A DNA stretch of 22,986 nt from contig JANKJI020000002.1 of NCBI GenBank assembly GCA_024626585.2, positions 4,471,870 through 4,494,855 of the forward strand, read 5' to 3'. This document shows, piece after piece, positions 22,190-22,986 of this stretch. Made by a program: the position numbers and the translations under genes. The notes beneath the pieces are model-generated. The model was not told where the DNA came from and did no database searches. It saw only the letters and a program-made list of their open reading frames with translations. This DNA is from Ginkgo biloba (lineage: Eukaryota; Plantae; Ginkgophyta). Position 1 is the first letter of the stretch. Each line of letters starts with the position of its first letter.

Positions 22190-22986
22190 TTATAAATAAA
22201 AATTCTTTAACTATTTTCCATTTAATAGAATAAATAATACAAATCCATATTTATTTTTTAACTTGAAATCATTGTCTCTGATCAACTCAATAATCTTGTA
22301 TGACCCAAGATAAAGAGAATCAAGTTTATGATGAGCGCCTAGTTTATCTTTCACTTTATTCCATATCAACACTCGATCACCTTTCTGGAATTCCTTCTTT
22401 GATTTTTTTTATCAAAACTCCACTTAATCTTATCTTGACATTTCTTGGAGAGTAATATTGTAGTTTTCCTTTTCCCTTCTAGTTGTAGGAGGTTGAATAA
22501 GCATTGTTCAATAGGGTCATTACTATAATCTTCGTTATCTTCTTGCACAACCAATTTGAATGCTAAAATTTAAAGATTGGTTAGAAAAATAAATTCCTTC
22601 CCATACACAATAGAATATAAGGAATACCTATGGTTAGAATTTGGTGTGATTTGAATTACCCACAAAACCAAACATAACGTAGTGTGGCAGTCTCATTGAT
22701 TATCCTTTATCATCTTCTTACAAATATTGATAATAATTTTATTGGTTGATTCTACTAAACCATTACCCTGGGGATAATAGTTAGAGGAAAAAGTCAACAA
22801 TATCTCATAGGTACTACAAAACTTAATCATATTGAATGATACAAACACTATTCCATTATCTGGTATAATTTAGCTAGGAAACCCAAAACATAATAGAATA
22901 TTATACTTTAGGAATTGGATGACTTCATCATAGGTTGCCTTCTTAAGGGGGACCAACTCAACCCATTTCATGAAATAGTTAGTGGC
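22190..22986 (-). mobile_element. pol: Degenerate Tat-like Ty3/gypsy integrase core and C-terminus, same family as 3950-5303, truncated by the window edge
   Basis: FSSNYYPQGNGLVESTNKIIINICKKMIKDNQ*DCHTTLCLVLWVIQITP...SIVYGKE..., ORF 22366-22554, then GAHHKLDSLYLGSYKIIELIRDNDFKL...LNGK*LKNFYL* with the stop at 22190-22192. Clear nucleotide similarity to 3950-4760. Confidence 0.92.

Overview
AT-rich, CpG-poor, heavily gapped eukaryotic scaffold; many gaps are exactly 100 N, i.e. of unknown size. I found no intact host gene, rRNA, CRISPR array or intact transposon ORF. The window is a graveyard of decayed plant transposable elements, probably from a gymnosperm-type giant genome (inference from the element lineages). 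It contains: (i) a chromovirus/CRM-like Ty3-gypsy RT-RH-INT remnant (1189-2600, -); (ii) four remnants of Tat-lineage Ty3-gypsy elements: INT at 3950-5303 (-), PR-aRH-RT'-'INT at ~5500-7440 (+), RT-RH-INT at ~16830-19015 (-) and INT at 22190-22986 (-); (iii) a probable copia-type LTR with a PPT upstream and a Met-type PBS downstream (15246-15602); (iv) a probable hAT transposase C-terminal relic; (v) a decayed non-pol ORF of unknown function; (vi) a tRNA-like relic. The most notable points are the extra RNase HI placed between protease and RT, an apparent internal deletion joining the RT N-terminus to the integrase C-terminus, and the unexplained accessory ORF. All translations were done by hand, boundaries are approximate, and adjacency across gaps is unreliable. 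I do not see convincing evidence of a wholly new biological system.
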